DNA of 14,252 nucleotides from an uncultured delta proteobacterium. Lineage in GTDB: Bacteria; Myxococcota; Myxococcia; Myxococcales; Myxococcaceae. A model generated the notes under the pieces. The model ran no database searches, was not told where the DNA came from, and was given only the letters and a program-made list of their open reading frames with translations. The translations under genes were made by a program, and so were the position numbers. This document shows, piece after piece, positions 1-9,661 of the stretch (position 1 is its first letter; the number at the start of each line of letters is the position of its first letter). The stretch covers positions 1-14,252 of the forward strand of contig CAVQKE010000002.1 in NCBI GenBank assembly GCA_963713045.1, read 5' to 3'.

Positions 1-1442
1 CCCTGCGCAGAAGCCGCCGCTTTTCGAAGGGGGTGCTGTGACTCGCCAGCGTCAACCGCACCAGCCGTCGGTCGCCGCCTCCCGGCACCTCTGGGTTTGC
101 TTGAAGCAGGTTAGAAGCATCCCGAAGGTGACGTCGAAGCGAGAGGCGAGTGGCTCCGGCGGCCGGGCCACCAGCTTCTCAAAGGTGGAGCGCTCCCAAG
201 GGACGTAGCCCCGGGCGGGGGGCTGCTCCCGGACCACCTTCTTCCCGGCGGCGGACTTTTGCGCCAGCCGGAGGTTTTCAATGACGTGCTCCGGCGCTTG
301 GGCGACGACGTAGCCGCGCTGGTCGAAGCCCTTCCGGCCAGCGCGGCCTGCAATTTGGTGGAAGTCCCGGGCGGAGAGGAGCGCCGTCTTCTCTCCGTCG
401 TACTTGCACAGTTGGCTGAAGAGGACGGTGCGAATCGGGATGTTGACCCCCACCCCCAGGGTGTCGGTGCCGCTCACTACCTTTAGTAGCCCGGTTTGCG
501 CCAGCTTCTCGCAGGCCAACCGGTATTTTGGCAGAAGCCCGGCGTGGTGGAGGCCGATGCCCACCGAGAGGTAGCGGCGCATGTCCTTCCCAAAGGGCGA
601 GTCGAAGCGGGTGCCCTGCAACTCGGCCCGAATGCGCTCCTTCTCCTCGCGGGTGGTGAGGTTGACGGACGTCAGTGCCTGGGCCATTTCATTGGCCGCC
701 CGCTGGGTGAAGTTGACCAGGTACACCGGTGCCCTTCCGGCATGCACCAGCTCCTCCAACGTCTCGTGCAGCGGCGTTTCCCGGTAGGGGAATTCGAGAG
801 GCACCGGGCGTTCGCTGCTGGACACACGGGCCACCGGCCGGCCGGTGGTGCGGGCCAGGCTTTCCTCAATCTGGGCGGTGTCCCCCAGCGTCGCCGACAT
901 GAGGAGGAAGGTGGCCTCGGGCAGCGCCAACAGCGGAACCTGCCAGGCCCAGCCGCGTTCCGCGTCCCCGTAGTAGTGAAATTCGTCCATCACCACCGTG
1001 TCGATGCGGGCGACTTAACCGCAACGCGATGTTGGCCAGCACCTCGGCGGTGCGGCGGAGAATGGGTGCCGTGCGGTTGATGGAAGCATCCCCGGTGGAG
1101 CATCCCCACCCGGGACAGAGCGAAGAGCTGGCAGAGGGCGAAGAACTTCTCATTGGCCAGGGCCTTAATGGGCGTCGTGTAGACGGACGTCTTCCCTTCG
1201 GCGAGCGCCTTGAAGTGGAGGGCGGTGGCCACCAGCGATTTGCCGGAGCCGGTGGGGGTGTTGAGGACCAGATTCTTTCCCCCCATCAACTCCAGCAGCG
1301 CCTCCTCTTGGGCCGGGTACAGCGACAGCCCGACGTCACTGACGTACTGAAGAAAGCGCGACAGGACAGGCGTCCCCGTCGATGGTGGCGGAGGAGGAGG
1401 CGGCAGCAGCGCGGCGAGGGGGGCAGAAGGGATTCCAGACAA
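1..1442 (-). CDS. DEAD/DEAH-box (Ski2/HelY-like, probably DUF3516-type) SF2 helicase; 3'-truncated by the window edge; frameshifted
   Basis: Pieces across ORFs 990..1592, 866..1153 and 52..996: Q motif LYPAQEEA, Walker A TPTGSGKS, Ia [10 protein letters not shown], Walker [45 protein letters not shown]. After a shift near 110 the frame continues [21 protein letters not shown] to the edge. The TTG start at 1442 is a best guess. Confidence 0.9.
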
Positions 1443-1453
1443 ACCAGCTGACG

Positions 1454-2463
1454 CTATAACGCAGCCGGCGGCTCCCGGGCGCCGAAGAGAAGCCCGACGG
1501 CGAGCGCCACCAGCGTGCCGGCCACGACGTCCAGCGCTCGGTTGAGCGCCCACTGCCAATGGCCGGGCTGGACCGGCCCACCCCCAAGACAAGCGCCGGC
1601 GTGAAAAAGGCCAGGGCCCAGGGCGAGCCCGGTGGGAGTCGGAAGTAACCGACCAGCAACAGGAAAATCAGCAAGTCGGTCAGCACCACCGAATGCAACA
1701 GGATGAGGAGTCCTCCGGCCAGCGCGCAGCCGAGCAGCGTTCCCTCCAGCCGTTCCAGTGCCCGACGGCGCGTCCCGCCGGCCTCCGGCCGCAGCACCAA
1801 CAACGTGGACACCACCACCCAGTTGCCCCGGGGGACCCCCAGCGCGCGGACTGCCAATAAGCACCCCGTCACTGTCCCCGCAAGGAGGAGGCCGAAGCGG
1901 CTACCTTCCGCGGGATGGGAGGCCGCTGCAGCAAGCAACGCCAGCGACGCCCGCGCCCGCGCCAGCGCCACTTCAGCCAGCCGCTGGAAGCCATCCGAGA
2001 AGGGAGAGGGACCGCGACGCCCCCGACGGCCACGGCCAGCGCCCGTTGACCCGCTGCGCCCAGGTCCCCGGGAAGAAGTTGGGCGAGGGCGAAGAGGACG
2101 GCTGGCGCCGCGGCCAGCCGGCCGGCTGCCTCTTGGTGGCTTCTTGCCACCCCGGCCACCCAGCCGAGGACAAACATTCCGAGGGCCGACAGCGGAAGGG
2201 ATTCCGGCAAGCGTTCCGAGAAACACGGCCACCGCATCCGCCCCGGCGGCAAGCGCCACATTGGCACCCCGGGAGGCCGGCTCGCCGTGCGGGTCGGCAA
2301 TCGCCACCCGCCGGGCGCCGACCGCCATGACGAGGCCGACATCGGTCCGGCCCATCAGTTGCCCCGCTGCCAGGCACAGCGAGACGGGGGCGGCCGCGCG
2401 GACGGCGGGCAGAAGGCCGCGAAGGGCTTGCCGGGCGCGAAGGACGTCGATTGCCGGAGGCAT
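1454..2463 (-). CDS. FUSC-family (aromatic acid exporter-like) membrane protein; frameshifted
   Basis: Hydrophobic helices stitched from ORFs 1336..2463, 1869..2342 and 1454..1864. FUSC-like signature [34 protein letters not shown] and C-terminal [25 protein letters not shown] stop at 1454-1456. Confidence 0.75.
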
Positions 2464-2547
2464 GGGCGCGAGCGCCTCGCGAGGGGAACGGGGGATGGGC
2501 AGCCGGGCTTGGCCGTCCGTTGGGGGGGGGTGTCCTTTGGCCAGCCG

Positions 2548-4791
2548 TCAGCCTGGCGGGATGTTGCGGGGCGCGGGCGAGTCGGCGGGACCAGGCGAGT
2601 GGCGCAGCCGCGCGTCTGCCGGCTTGGGCTCGTCGTGGCGCCGGCACAGTTCCAGGGCGGCCATCTGGCTTCGGAAGCCGGCGCCGCCGCCATGGGCGGC
2701 GACCTGGACGTAGCTTCCATCCGCCCTCAGCTCCGTTGCCTTGGCGGTGTCGCGAAGGCCGAGCCCCAGCACCTCGTCCAAAAGGCGGCTCCGCAGCCCC
2801 ACGTCCTCCACCGGCACCATCACTTCGATGCGGCGATGGAAGTTGCGTGGCATCCAGTCCGCCGAGGTGAGGAAGACTTCGGCGCGCTCCCGTGCGCCGA
2901 AGGCGAAGAGGCGGGTGTGTTCCAAGAAGCGGTCGACCACCGACGTCACGCGAATGTGCTCGGAGATTCCGGGGAGGCCCGGCCGGAGACAGCAAATGCC
3001 GCGCACCAAAAGTTCCACGCGGACCCCCGCTTGGCTGGCCCGGTAAAGCCCCCGGATGATGGAGGCGTCCACCAGGTTGTTCATCTTGGCGACAATCCGC
3101 GCCGGCTCTCCGTTTCGCGCCCGGTCGGCCTCTCTCTCGATCAGCTGGAGCAGCCGCTCGACCAGGTTGAAGGGCGCCACCACCAGCCGCTTGAATTTGG
3201 GCGGCACCGAATAGCCGGTCAGCATGTTGAAGAGGGCGGTGACGTCATCCGCAATCTCCTCCCGGGCGGTGAAGAAGGAGACGTCGGTGTAGTGCCGGGC
3301 AGTCTGGCCGTTGTAGTCCCCGGTTCCCAGGTGCACGTACCGGCGAATGCCTCCCGCCTCGCGGCTCACCACCAGCGCCACCTTGCAGTGCGTCTTCAGG
3401 CCGAACAGTCCGTACACCACGTGGACGCCGGCCTCCTCCATTCGCCGCGCCCAGGCAATGTTGTTGGCCTCGTCCAGTCGGGCCTTGAGCTCCACCAGCA
3501 CCGCCACTTGCTTGCCGTTTTCTGCCGCCCGGCTCAACGCCTGGGCGATGGGGCTCTCGGCGCTGAGGCGGTAGAGGGTTTGCTTGATGGCCAGCACCGC
3601 CGGGTCGTCGGCTGCCTCGTCGATGAAACGCACCACCGGGTCATAGGACTCGAAGGGGTGGTGCAGCAGCACGTCGCGCTGGGCGAAGACAGGGAACTGG
3701 CTTTTCAAGTCCCGGAGGACGTGCGGGAGCGCCGGAGAGAAGGGCTCGACTCGCAGCTCGGGGCGAGGGTCCCGCTCGGCCAGCGCCACCAAGTCCGACA
3801 GCTGCAGCGGCGCTTCGCACCGGTAGACGTCCTCCGCGGTGAGGTGGAGTGCCTTCTTCAGCTCCTGCTCGATGATGTCCGGCGCTCCGGCGTCGAGCTC
3901 TAGCCGGACGCTGGCTCCCCGCTCGCGGCGCTTGAGGTCGTCCTGGATGGAGGCGAGAAGGTCCTCGGATTCCTCCTCGTCCACCGCGAGGTCCCAGTTC
4001 CGTGTCACTCGAAAGCTTGCGGCGTGCTCCACTGTGAAGCCTGGGAAGAGCTCCGCCAAGGAGCGGCAGATGAGGTCCTCCAGCAGGATGTAGGCGTGTC
4101 CGTTTGCAGAGGGCAGGGGAACCAGCCGGGGCATGACGCTCGGCACCGGGACGACAGCCAGCTCGGTTTCCTGCGCCGCAGGCTTGGTGCGGCGGCTGGG
4201 CACCCGCCGCAGCACGGCGGCGATGTTGAGCGTCTTATTTCTCAGGTGGGGAAAGGGGTGGCCGGGGTCCACGGCGAGAGGCGTCAACACCGGGAAAACA
4301 CTCGAGTGGAAATGCTCCTTGGCCGCCTCTTGCCAGGCCGGCTCCAGGCTTGCGGTGGACAACAACGAAACGCCGACCGCTTTGAGGGCGGGGAGGAGGT
4401 CGCCCGACCAGAGCGGCCCCACCTGCGCCACCAGCCCGTGGGCCCGCTCGGAGATGGCGGCCAGCTGCTCGGCGGGAAGCAGCCCGTCGGCCTCCGGGGA
4501 GGCGACACCACCGGCCAGCTGCTGCTTGAGTCCGGCCACGCGCACCATGAAGAATTCGTCCAGGTTGGCGGCAAAAAGTGCGAGAAACCGAATCCGCTCG
4601 TAAAGCGGGAGCGTCGCGGTCTGCGCTTCGCGAAGGACCCTTTCGTTGAAGGCCAGCCAGGACAGCTCCCGATTCAGGAAGAGGCGGGCGTCGGTCAAGT
4701 CGCCGGTGGCGGTGGTCTCGGGCACGGTCAGGTCACGAATAGGTGACAGCGCGGGGGGGCGCAAGTCTGGGGCTCGCCGGCGGTCGGACAC
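2548..4791 (-). CDS. ppk1: Polyphosphate kinase 1
   Basis: Intact 747-aa ORF with NRELSWLAFNERVL, NLDEFFMVRVAGL, DPGHPFP, LLHHPFESY (autophosphorylated His), IKQTLYR, ELKARLDE, KTHCK, VRGICCLRPG, RFLEHTR, SADWMPRNFHRRIE. The start could instead be the GTG at 4725. Confidence 0.97.
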   Translation of the reverse strand: MSDRRRAPDLRPPALSPIRDLTVPETTATGDLTDARLFLNRELSWLAFNERVLREAQTATLPLYERIRFLALFAANLDEFFMVRVAGLKQQLAGGVASPEADGLLPAEQLAAISERAHGLVAQVGPLWSGDLLPALKAVGVSLLSTASLEPAWQEAAKEHFHSSVFPVLTPLAVDPGHPFPHLRNKTLNIAAVLRRVPSRRTKPAAQETELAVVPVPSVMPRLVPLPSANGHAYILLEDLICRSLAELFPGFTVEHAASFRVTRNWDLAVDEEESEDLLASIQDDLKRRERGASVRLELDAGAPDIIEQELKKALHLTAEDVYRCEAPLQLSDLVALAERDPRPELRVEPFSPALPHVLRDLKSQFPVFAQRDVLLHHPFESYDPVVRFIDEAADDPAVLAIKQTLYRLSAESPIAQALSRAAENGKQVAVLVELKARLDEANNIAWARRMEEAGVHVVYGLFGLKTHCKVALVVSREAGGIRRYVHLGTGDYNGQTARHYTDVSFFTAREEIADDVTALFNMLTGYSVPPKFKRLVVAPFNLVERLLQLIEREADRARNGEPARIVAKMNNLVDASIIRGLYRASQAGVRVELLVRGICCLRPGLPGISEHIRVTSVVDRFLEHTRLFAFGARERAEVFLTSADWMPRNFHRRIEVMVPVEDVGLRSRLLDEVLGLGLRDTAKATELRADGSYVQVAAHGGGAGFRSQMAALELCRRHDEPKPADARLRHSPGPADSPAPRNIPPG

Positions 4792-4802
4792 AGCCTGATA
4801 AT
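4774..4802 (+). promoter_or_regulatory. Possible sigma70-type promoter for ppx
   Basis: TCGCCG (4774-4779), 17-nt spacer, GATAAT (4797-4802), 12 nt upstream of the ppx GTG. The match to consensus is weak. Confidence 0.2.
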
Positions 4803-4814
4803 GCCCGAAGTGCA

Positions 4815-6396
4815 GTGAAGCGAATCCCCCTGACAGAGCCAGTGCTGGCTGCCATTGACGTGGGGACCAACGCCGTGCGGCTGGAGCTGGCGCGCCGGCT
4901 GGCCAACGGCTCTCTGGAGTCGCTGCACAGCGAGCGCGACCCAGTGCGGCCCGGCGAGGGCGTCTTTCGGACCGGCGCCATTCCCCGGGAGGTTGCCGAC
5001 CGGCTGTTGTCGACCCTGCGCCGCTATGGGGCGTTGTGCCGGCGCTACCACGCGGACGTGCGGGCAGTGGCCACCAGCGCGCTCCGCGAGGCCAAGAACC
5101 GCGATGAAATCGTCCGGCGCGCCCGCGACGAGGCCGGCTTGCGGCTGGAAGTCATCTCCGGGATGGAGGAAGCGCGCCTCACCACCCTCGGGGTCCTGCG
5201 CGGGAAGCCTCCCTCCGCGCGCTCGCTTTGCGTCGACATTGGCGGTGGCTCGACCGAGGTGGCCGCCGCCACCGGCGAAAATCCCACCGCCATGTGGAGT
5301 GTCGCACTGGGCGCTGTCCGCTTGACCGAGCTGTTCGGCACCAGTCGCGGTGTCACCGGCAAGCAGCTGAAGCTGATTCGCGGGTTTGCGTCCGAGGCGC
5401 TCACCGAATCCCTGCCGGCCGCATCGCCGCACGCCGCGCAGCGCCCTCGGCAGCAGCGGCACCATCAACGCCGTGGTGGCCTTTGCCGCCGCCGAGGGGA
5501 CCGCCCATGCCACCGCCCGCCAAATTACCCAGGCCGTGGAGGAGCTGGCCGAGATGTCCCCCGCGCAGCTCCGCAAACGGTTTGACCCGCAGCGGCAGAA
5601 ATTATCTGCGCCGGCGCCATCATCCTCGAGTCGCTGGTGCACCACCTCGGGCTGGAGTCCGTCACCGCCGTGCAGCGGGGCCTCCGCGACGGCATCTTGG
5701 TGGACCTGGTCCGGCGCATTGACTCGCCGTCCGACGACCACAGCCTGGCGGACGCGGCGTTACTCATCGGCCGACGCTTCCAATTCGATGAGGCGCATTC
5801 CACCCAGGTGACTCGGCTGGCGCTTCAGCTTTTCGATGACTTGGCTCCGCTGCACCGGCTCCCCGCCTCCTCCCGGCCGCTGTTGGAGGTGGCCTCGGTG
5901 CTGCACGACATTGGCAATGCCGTCAGCTACACCGCCACCACCGGCATACCTACTACCTCATTCAAAACTCGGAGATTCCTGGCCTCCGTGACCGAGAGCG
6001 CGAGTTGGTGGCGCGCATCGCCCGCTACCACCGTCGAAGTCCACCAGACGCGAGCCATTCCGGCATGGACGGGCTTCAGCCGGCTGAGGTGCGCCTGGTC
6101 CGCAAGCTGGCCACGCTGTTGCGACTGGCCGATTCGCTGGACCGGAGCCACCGGCAAACCATCCTGCGGCTGCAAGCCGCCTTCTTCCCAGCGCCGTGGT
6201 GGTGAAGCTGAGGGCGCGACAGCCGGTGGACTTGGAGTTGTGGGACGCCGGGCACGAGGCAGCGCTGTTCCGCCGAGTCTTCGGACGCAAACTCATCGTC
6301 CAGGTGGAGCGCGCCGCGCAGCGGCCCCTGCGCCGTGGCGTCCGCGTCAATCCACGGCTGGCGGCCCGCGTGGCCGTGGACCGTCGGTGGAGTTGA
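4815..6396 (+). CDS. ppx: Exopolyphosphatase / pppGpp phosphohydrolase (Ppx/GppA with C-terminal HD domain); about 4 frameshifts
   Basis: AAIDVGTNAVRL, AVATSALREAKN, ISGMEEARL (catalytic Glu), VDIGGGSTE, LGAVRLTE, LGSSGTINA, GLRDGIL, HSTQVTRLALQLFD, VLHDIG, VARIARYHRR, LRLADSLDRSH, FRRVFGRKL. These fall in ORFs 4743, 5386, 5637, 6005 and 6196, with shifts near 5440, 5605, 5930 and 6190. Confidence 0.93.
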
Positions 6397-6733
6397 ACAC
6401 CCCGCCCGCCGTCGAGCGCCGGCGCGAGGCGCGCTTTCCCACTCGAATTAGGTGCGCTTCACCGACGCCGTCCACGCCGCGCGCGTCCTGCGCGCCTACT
6501 CACTCGACTTCTCCCTCGGCGGACTCTGCCTGCGGACGCGCGCCGTCTACGCGGTGGGACGCCGGCTCGCCCTCAGCCTGGTGGTCGGCGCAGAGCGTCT
6601 TCCGGTGGACGGGGTGGTGGCCTGGGTGCGTCCGGCGGACAAGGCCATCGGCGTCCGCTTCGTCGACGTGGCGGATGAGCTGCGCGCCCGGCTGCTCGGG
6701 CTGAAGAACGCCGTGGCCTCGCGCCCCTCTTGA
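6387..6733 (+). CDS. Stand-alone PilZ-domain protein (putative c-di-GMP receptor); one frameshift near 6450
   Basis: GTG at 6387 gives VELNTPPAVERRREARFPTRI. The shifted frame (ORF 6452..6733) gives VRFTD...SLDFSLGGLCL...VDGVVAWVRP...IGVRFVDV. Both PilZ motifs are present: RxxxR and DxSxxG. Confidence 0.85.
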
Positions 6734-6749
6734 AGGGGCTGGGCCACCC

Positions 6750-7219
6750 CTAGGGCGCCCGTACCACCACTCCGCGCTCGGCGTCCTCAAAATGCATCGC
6801 CGCGCAAAAGGCCACCGTGGCCTCCTCGGGCAGACTCGGAGCTGGAGCTCCACCCGCTTGACGCTGAGGACGCGTGCCCGCTCCAGCGCCCGTTGCATGA
6901 GAGCCCGAGCCGCCCCTCTTTGGCGCCAGGCAGCGGCGACCACCAATTCGTCAATGGTGGCCACGCGGCCAGACAGACGAAGCTGGGGACGGTGGGACAG
7001 CGAAAGCAGCCCAATCGGCCGGTCCTGCGCATCGGCGGCGACGTACACCTCAATCTCCGGATGGCTGAGCACCCAATGCACGGTGCTGGTGTCCCCGGCC
7101 CCCGAATGTCCAAGCTCGGCGAAAAGCGCGCCCAGCTGCTCCCCGTCGCCGCGGCGTGCGAGGCGAATGCGGAACGCCGCAGGCACAGTGGGGCGAGGTT
7201 CTGGCGTAATCGGTGCCAC
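6750..7219 (-). CDS. GNAT-family N-acetyltransferase; frameshift near 6835
   Basis: FRIRLARRGD...ATIDELVVAAAWRQRGAARALMQRALERAR (acetyl-CoA binding motif A) then VELQ. The alternative frame ends LPEEATVAFCAAMHFEDAERGVVVRAP* with TAG at 6750-6752. Confidence 0.85.
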
Positions 7220-7303
7220 GCTGAGGCGACAGTCTAGCGCAGCCCCCGTCAGCGCGACGGGAGGGCCTCAGCCGTTTCCAAAGCGCCACCGGCCGTCCTT
7301 CTG

Positions 7304-8400
7304 TCAGCTGCCCGCGGCCGGTACCAGCAGGGACCCCAGACGTCCTGTGGTTGCGCGGTAGACGTCCACCAGGCGAATGCCGATGCCGTACGCTCGTCCG
7401 GCTGTGGTGAGGAAGAGGACAGCGCCGCCACAGCCCCCACCTGTCATCCGGGCCCCAGGACGTCCGGTTCAGCCTGGGCCAGGGCGACCAGGACGTCCAC
7501 ATCCGGGTGGGACATTTCGTAGTCCTCTTTCAGCGAGCGGTGGGAGGCGTTCAACAGCGGCCCCAGGGCGCCAAAGTCTCGCGCGCGCAGCGCGGCGACG
7601 AAGGCCAGCACGCGGGCATTCTCCGTCACGATGTGGCGTGCGCGCCGGTCCAGCGGGGGCGGGAGCGCTGGGACACGCTGGAGGTCGGTCACGTCCCGGA
7701 GGGCGGGTACCCCAAGCGCTTGGGCCGCCGCGTCCGCCTCGCGCCGGCGCTGGGCATAGGTGCCCCCAGCGTTGCGGTGACTGATGCCAGAATGCAAAAC
7801 GCCCACTTCGAGGGCGGCCGGCAGCTCGACGTCTTCCATGGCCAGCGAGCGGGTGTCGATGAAGAGGGCACGGCCTGGGGTGCCGAAGCTGGCCGCCAGT
7901 GGGTCCATCAATCCCACCGGTGCGCCGACGAAGTCCCGCTCCGAGGCCTGGACGAGGCGCGCCACCTCGAGGCGGTCCAGCGGGAGGGCGAAGGCTGCCT
8001 GAAGCGCCCGCAGCACCCCCACCCCCAGCGCGGCACTGGAGGCCAGGCCACCTCCGGCCGGAATCTCCGAGGCAATGTCCAACTCAACGCCGCCCGACGG
8101 AAGTCCCCGGTGGCGCAGGGCGGCCGTCAGGCCCTGGATGTAGTCGAGCCAGCCGCGGCCTCGACGCTCCTCGCCGAGGCGGTAGGCCAGCTCCTCTCCG
8201 CCGCCCAGCCCCGTCCGGGCCACCACCTGCAAGTCTGCGCGCCGGCGCAGCTCGACGCGGGTGTCAAGCAAGAGGGGCAAGGGCAGGACAAAGCCCCCGG
8301 CGTAGTCGGTGTGCTCGCCAATGAGGTTGACGCGCGCTGGCGCCTCGGCGTGCACCTCGGGTGGCCCATGCGACGCCGTCAAGTGCGAGCCCTCTTCCAT
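7304..8400 (-). CDS. galK: Galactokinase (GHMP family); one frameshift near 7452
   Basis: [21 protein letters not shown] (galactokinase signature), [19 protein letters not shown] (GHMP ATP loop), [31 protein letters not shown]. The shifted frame gives [14 protein letters not shown]...PAAGS* with TGA at 7304-7306. Confidence 0.92.
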
Positions 8401-8405
8401 GTCTT

Positions 8406-8430
8406 CCCTGGGCAAGGGTGTAGCCCAGGG
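8406..8430. repeat. Perfect 8-bp inverted repeat CCCTGGGC-N9-GCCCAGGG in the galK/uridylyltransferase divergent intergenic region
   Basis: Read directly: arms at 8406-8413 and 8423-8430, 5 nt upstream of the galK ATG. Confidence 0.55.
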
Positions 8431-8481
8431 CCGCGCGGGTTGCTGCTCGAAGGGCCTACCTCCGTGGCATTCTCCTCAGCC

Positions 8482-9555
8482 ATGGCCGTCGCGGACGAAG
8501 CAAGCCTTTTCGAGGAACTTGTCCGGCGCTACCGCGCCGGCGAATTCTCGGCGTCGCCGGCTGCGGAGGCCTTCCAGCCTCCGCTGCCGGAGGACGTGCG
8601 GCCCCTTCCGCGGGTCGACAGCCCGGAGGGCGCCCGGGCGGCCGCGCAGGGGGAGGCGGCGCTCGGCGCAGGCCAGGTGGCTGCCCTGGTGGTGGCGGGC
8701 GGGGCCGGTACCCGCTTCGGCGGTGCCGTCAAAGCGTTGGTGCCGGTGGTCGACGGCAAGACGTTTTTGGATTTCAAGCTTCAGGACGTTGCAGACGCCA
8801 GCGCCCGCGCGGGCCGTCCGATTGCGGTGGCCCTCATGACGTCCCACCTCACGGACCAGGCCATTCGGGCCGCGCTGGCCTCTCAACCGTCCCCCGTCCC
8901 GGTGCACGTCTTCCAGCAGCGCAGCCTGCCGCGCCTTCGACCGGATGGCTCTCTCTTCCGTGAAGCCGACGGGACGCCCTCCCTGGCACCGGCTGGACAT
9001 GGAGATGTCTTCCGCGCCCTCGTCGCCTCGGGCGTCGCCGGCCAGCTGCACGCCGCTGGGGTGCGACACCTCTACTTCTCCAACGTCGACAACCTGGCCG
9101 CCACCCTGGACGCGGTGGTGCTGGGCGAGCACCTGGCCGGCGGCGCTGCCATGACGGTGGAAGTCACGGCGCGCCGAGCGCCTGACGGGCAGCTGGATGC
9201 CGGCGCGGCGCCGGTGCGCCTCCGCGGACAGCTTCAACTGGTGGAAAAAGTCGACCCCGCCCAGCACGCCACCATCTCCACCAACAACATGAGCTTCCGA
9301 CTCGAGCCCTGGCTTTCGCAGGTGGTGCCCTTGCCCTGGCGGGCCGTCCGCAAGCAGGTGGACGGAAAGCCAGCCATCCAATTCGAGCAAGTGACGGCTG
9401 AGGCCACTGGGTTACGCCGCCCAGACGGGCGCCCACTCTTACCAGCGCGCTTCCTTCTCGTCCCCCGGGGGGACCCCGCCACCACCCGCTTCGAGCCCGT
9501 CAAAACGCCGGGGGACCTCCAAGCGGTGGTGGCTTGGCTGAAGGCTCGGCGCTAG
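8482..9555 (+). CDS. UTP:sugar-1-phosphate uridylyltransferase of the eukaryote-type UDPGP (PF01704; UGPase/UAP/USP) family
   Basis: Intact 3' part of ORF 7507..9555 from ATG 8482 (357 aa). Motifs: [18 protein letters not shown] (nucleotide-binding loop), [53 protein letters not shown]. These are PF01704-type motifs rather than GalU-type. Confidence 0.88.
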   Translation: MAVADEASLFEELVRRYRAGEFSASPAAEAFQPPLPEDVRPLPRVDSPEGARAAAQGEAALGAGQVAALVVAGGAGTRFGGAVKALVPVVDGKTFLDFKLQDVADASARAGRPIAVALMTSHLTDQAIRAALASQPSPVPVHVFQQRSLPRLRPDGSLFREADGTPSLAPAGHGDVFRALVASGVAGQLHAAGVRHLYFSNVDNLAATLDAVVLGEHLAGGAAMTVEVTARRAPDGQLDAGAAPVRLRGQLQLVEKVDPAQHATISTNNMSFRLEPWLSQVVPLPWRAVRKQVDGKPAIQFEQVTAEATGLRRPDGRPLLPARFLLVPRGDPATTRFEPVKTPGDLQAVVAWLKARR

Positions 9556-9645
9556 CCCGTGCCGGCTGGTTGCAAGGCGGGGTGAATGGGGGCCCTCGCC
9601 GTCAGCCCGGGTGCGTGAGTAACCTGCCCACCAACCGGTGCCCGC

Positions 9646-9661
9646 TTTCGCAATTGCAAAA
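9646..9661. promoter_or_regulatory. AT-rich near-perfect palindrome TTTCGCAATTGCAAAA, a candidate operator upstream of the radical SAM gene
   Basis: 7 of 8 pairs are complementary. It is flanked by GCCC...GGGC and lies about 50 nt upstream of GTG 9712 in an otherwise very GC-rich context. Confidence 0.4.

Noticed and set aside
3310..3330. PPK1 GTGDYN instead of the conserved GTGNYN
   Set aside because: A single base next to a G-run in error-prone sequence, so likely a miscall.
2287..4746. Long plus-strand ORFs (538 aa, 240 aa) opposite ppk1
   Set aside because: Typical stop-poor antisense frames in high-GC DNA with no recognisable motifs.
6723..6739. GCCCCT-CTTGA-AGGGGC hairpin between the convergent PilZ and GNAT genes as a terminator
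   Set aside because: Only a 6-bp stem overlapping the stop codon, with no U-tract on either strand.
7221..7271. Nested inverted repeats between galK and the GNAT gene as a terminator or ncRNA
   Set aside because: Short GC-rich stems are expected by chance, there is no U-tract, and I recognise no RNA family.
4815..8400. Programmed frameshifting or pseudogene status for ppx, pilZ, GNAT and galK
   Set aside because: Indels are scattered across unrelated genes without slippery-site or stimulator patterns, so sequencing error is more parsimonious.
7507..8481. 682-aa ORF suggesting a long N-terminal extension on the uridylyltransferase
   Set aside because: This part is the antisense shadow of galK. 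Family similarity starts only after ATG 8482.
9613..9629. GCGTGAGTAACCTGCCC resembles a stretch of 16S rRNA
   Set aside because: Only 17 nt long with no flanking rRNA similarity, so probably coincidence.
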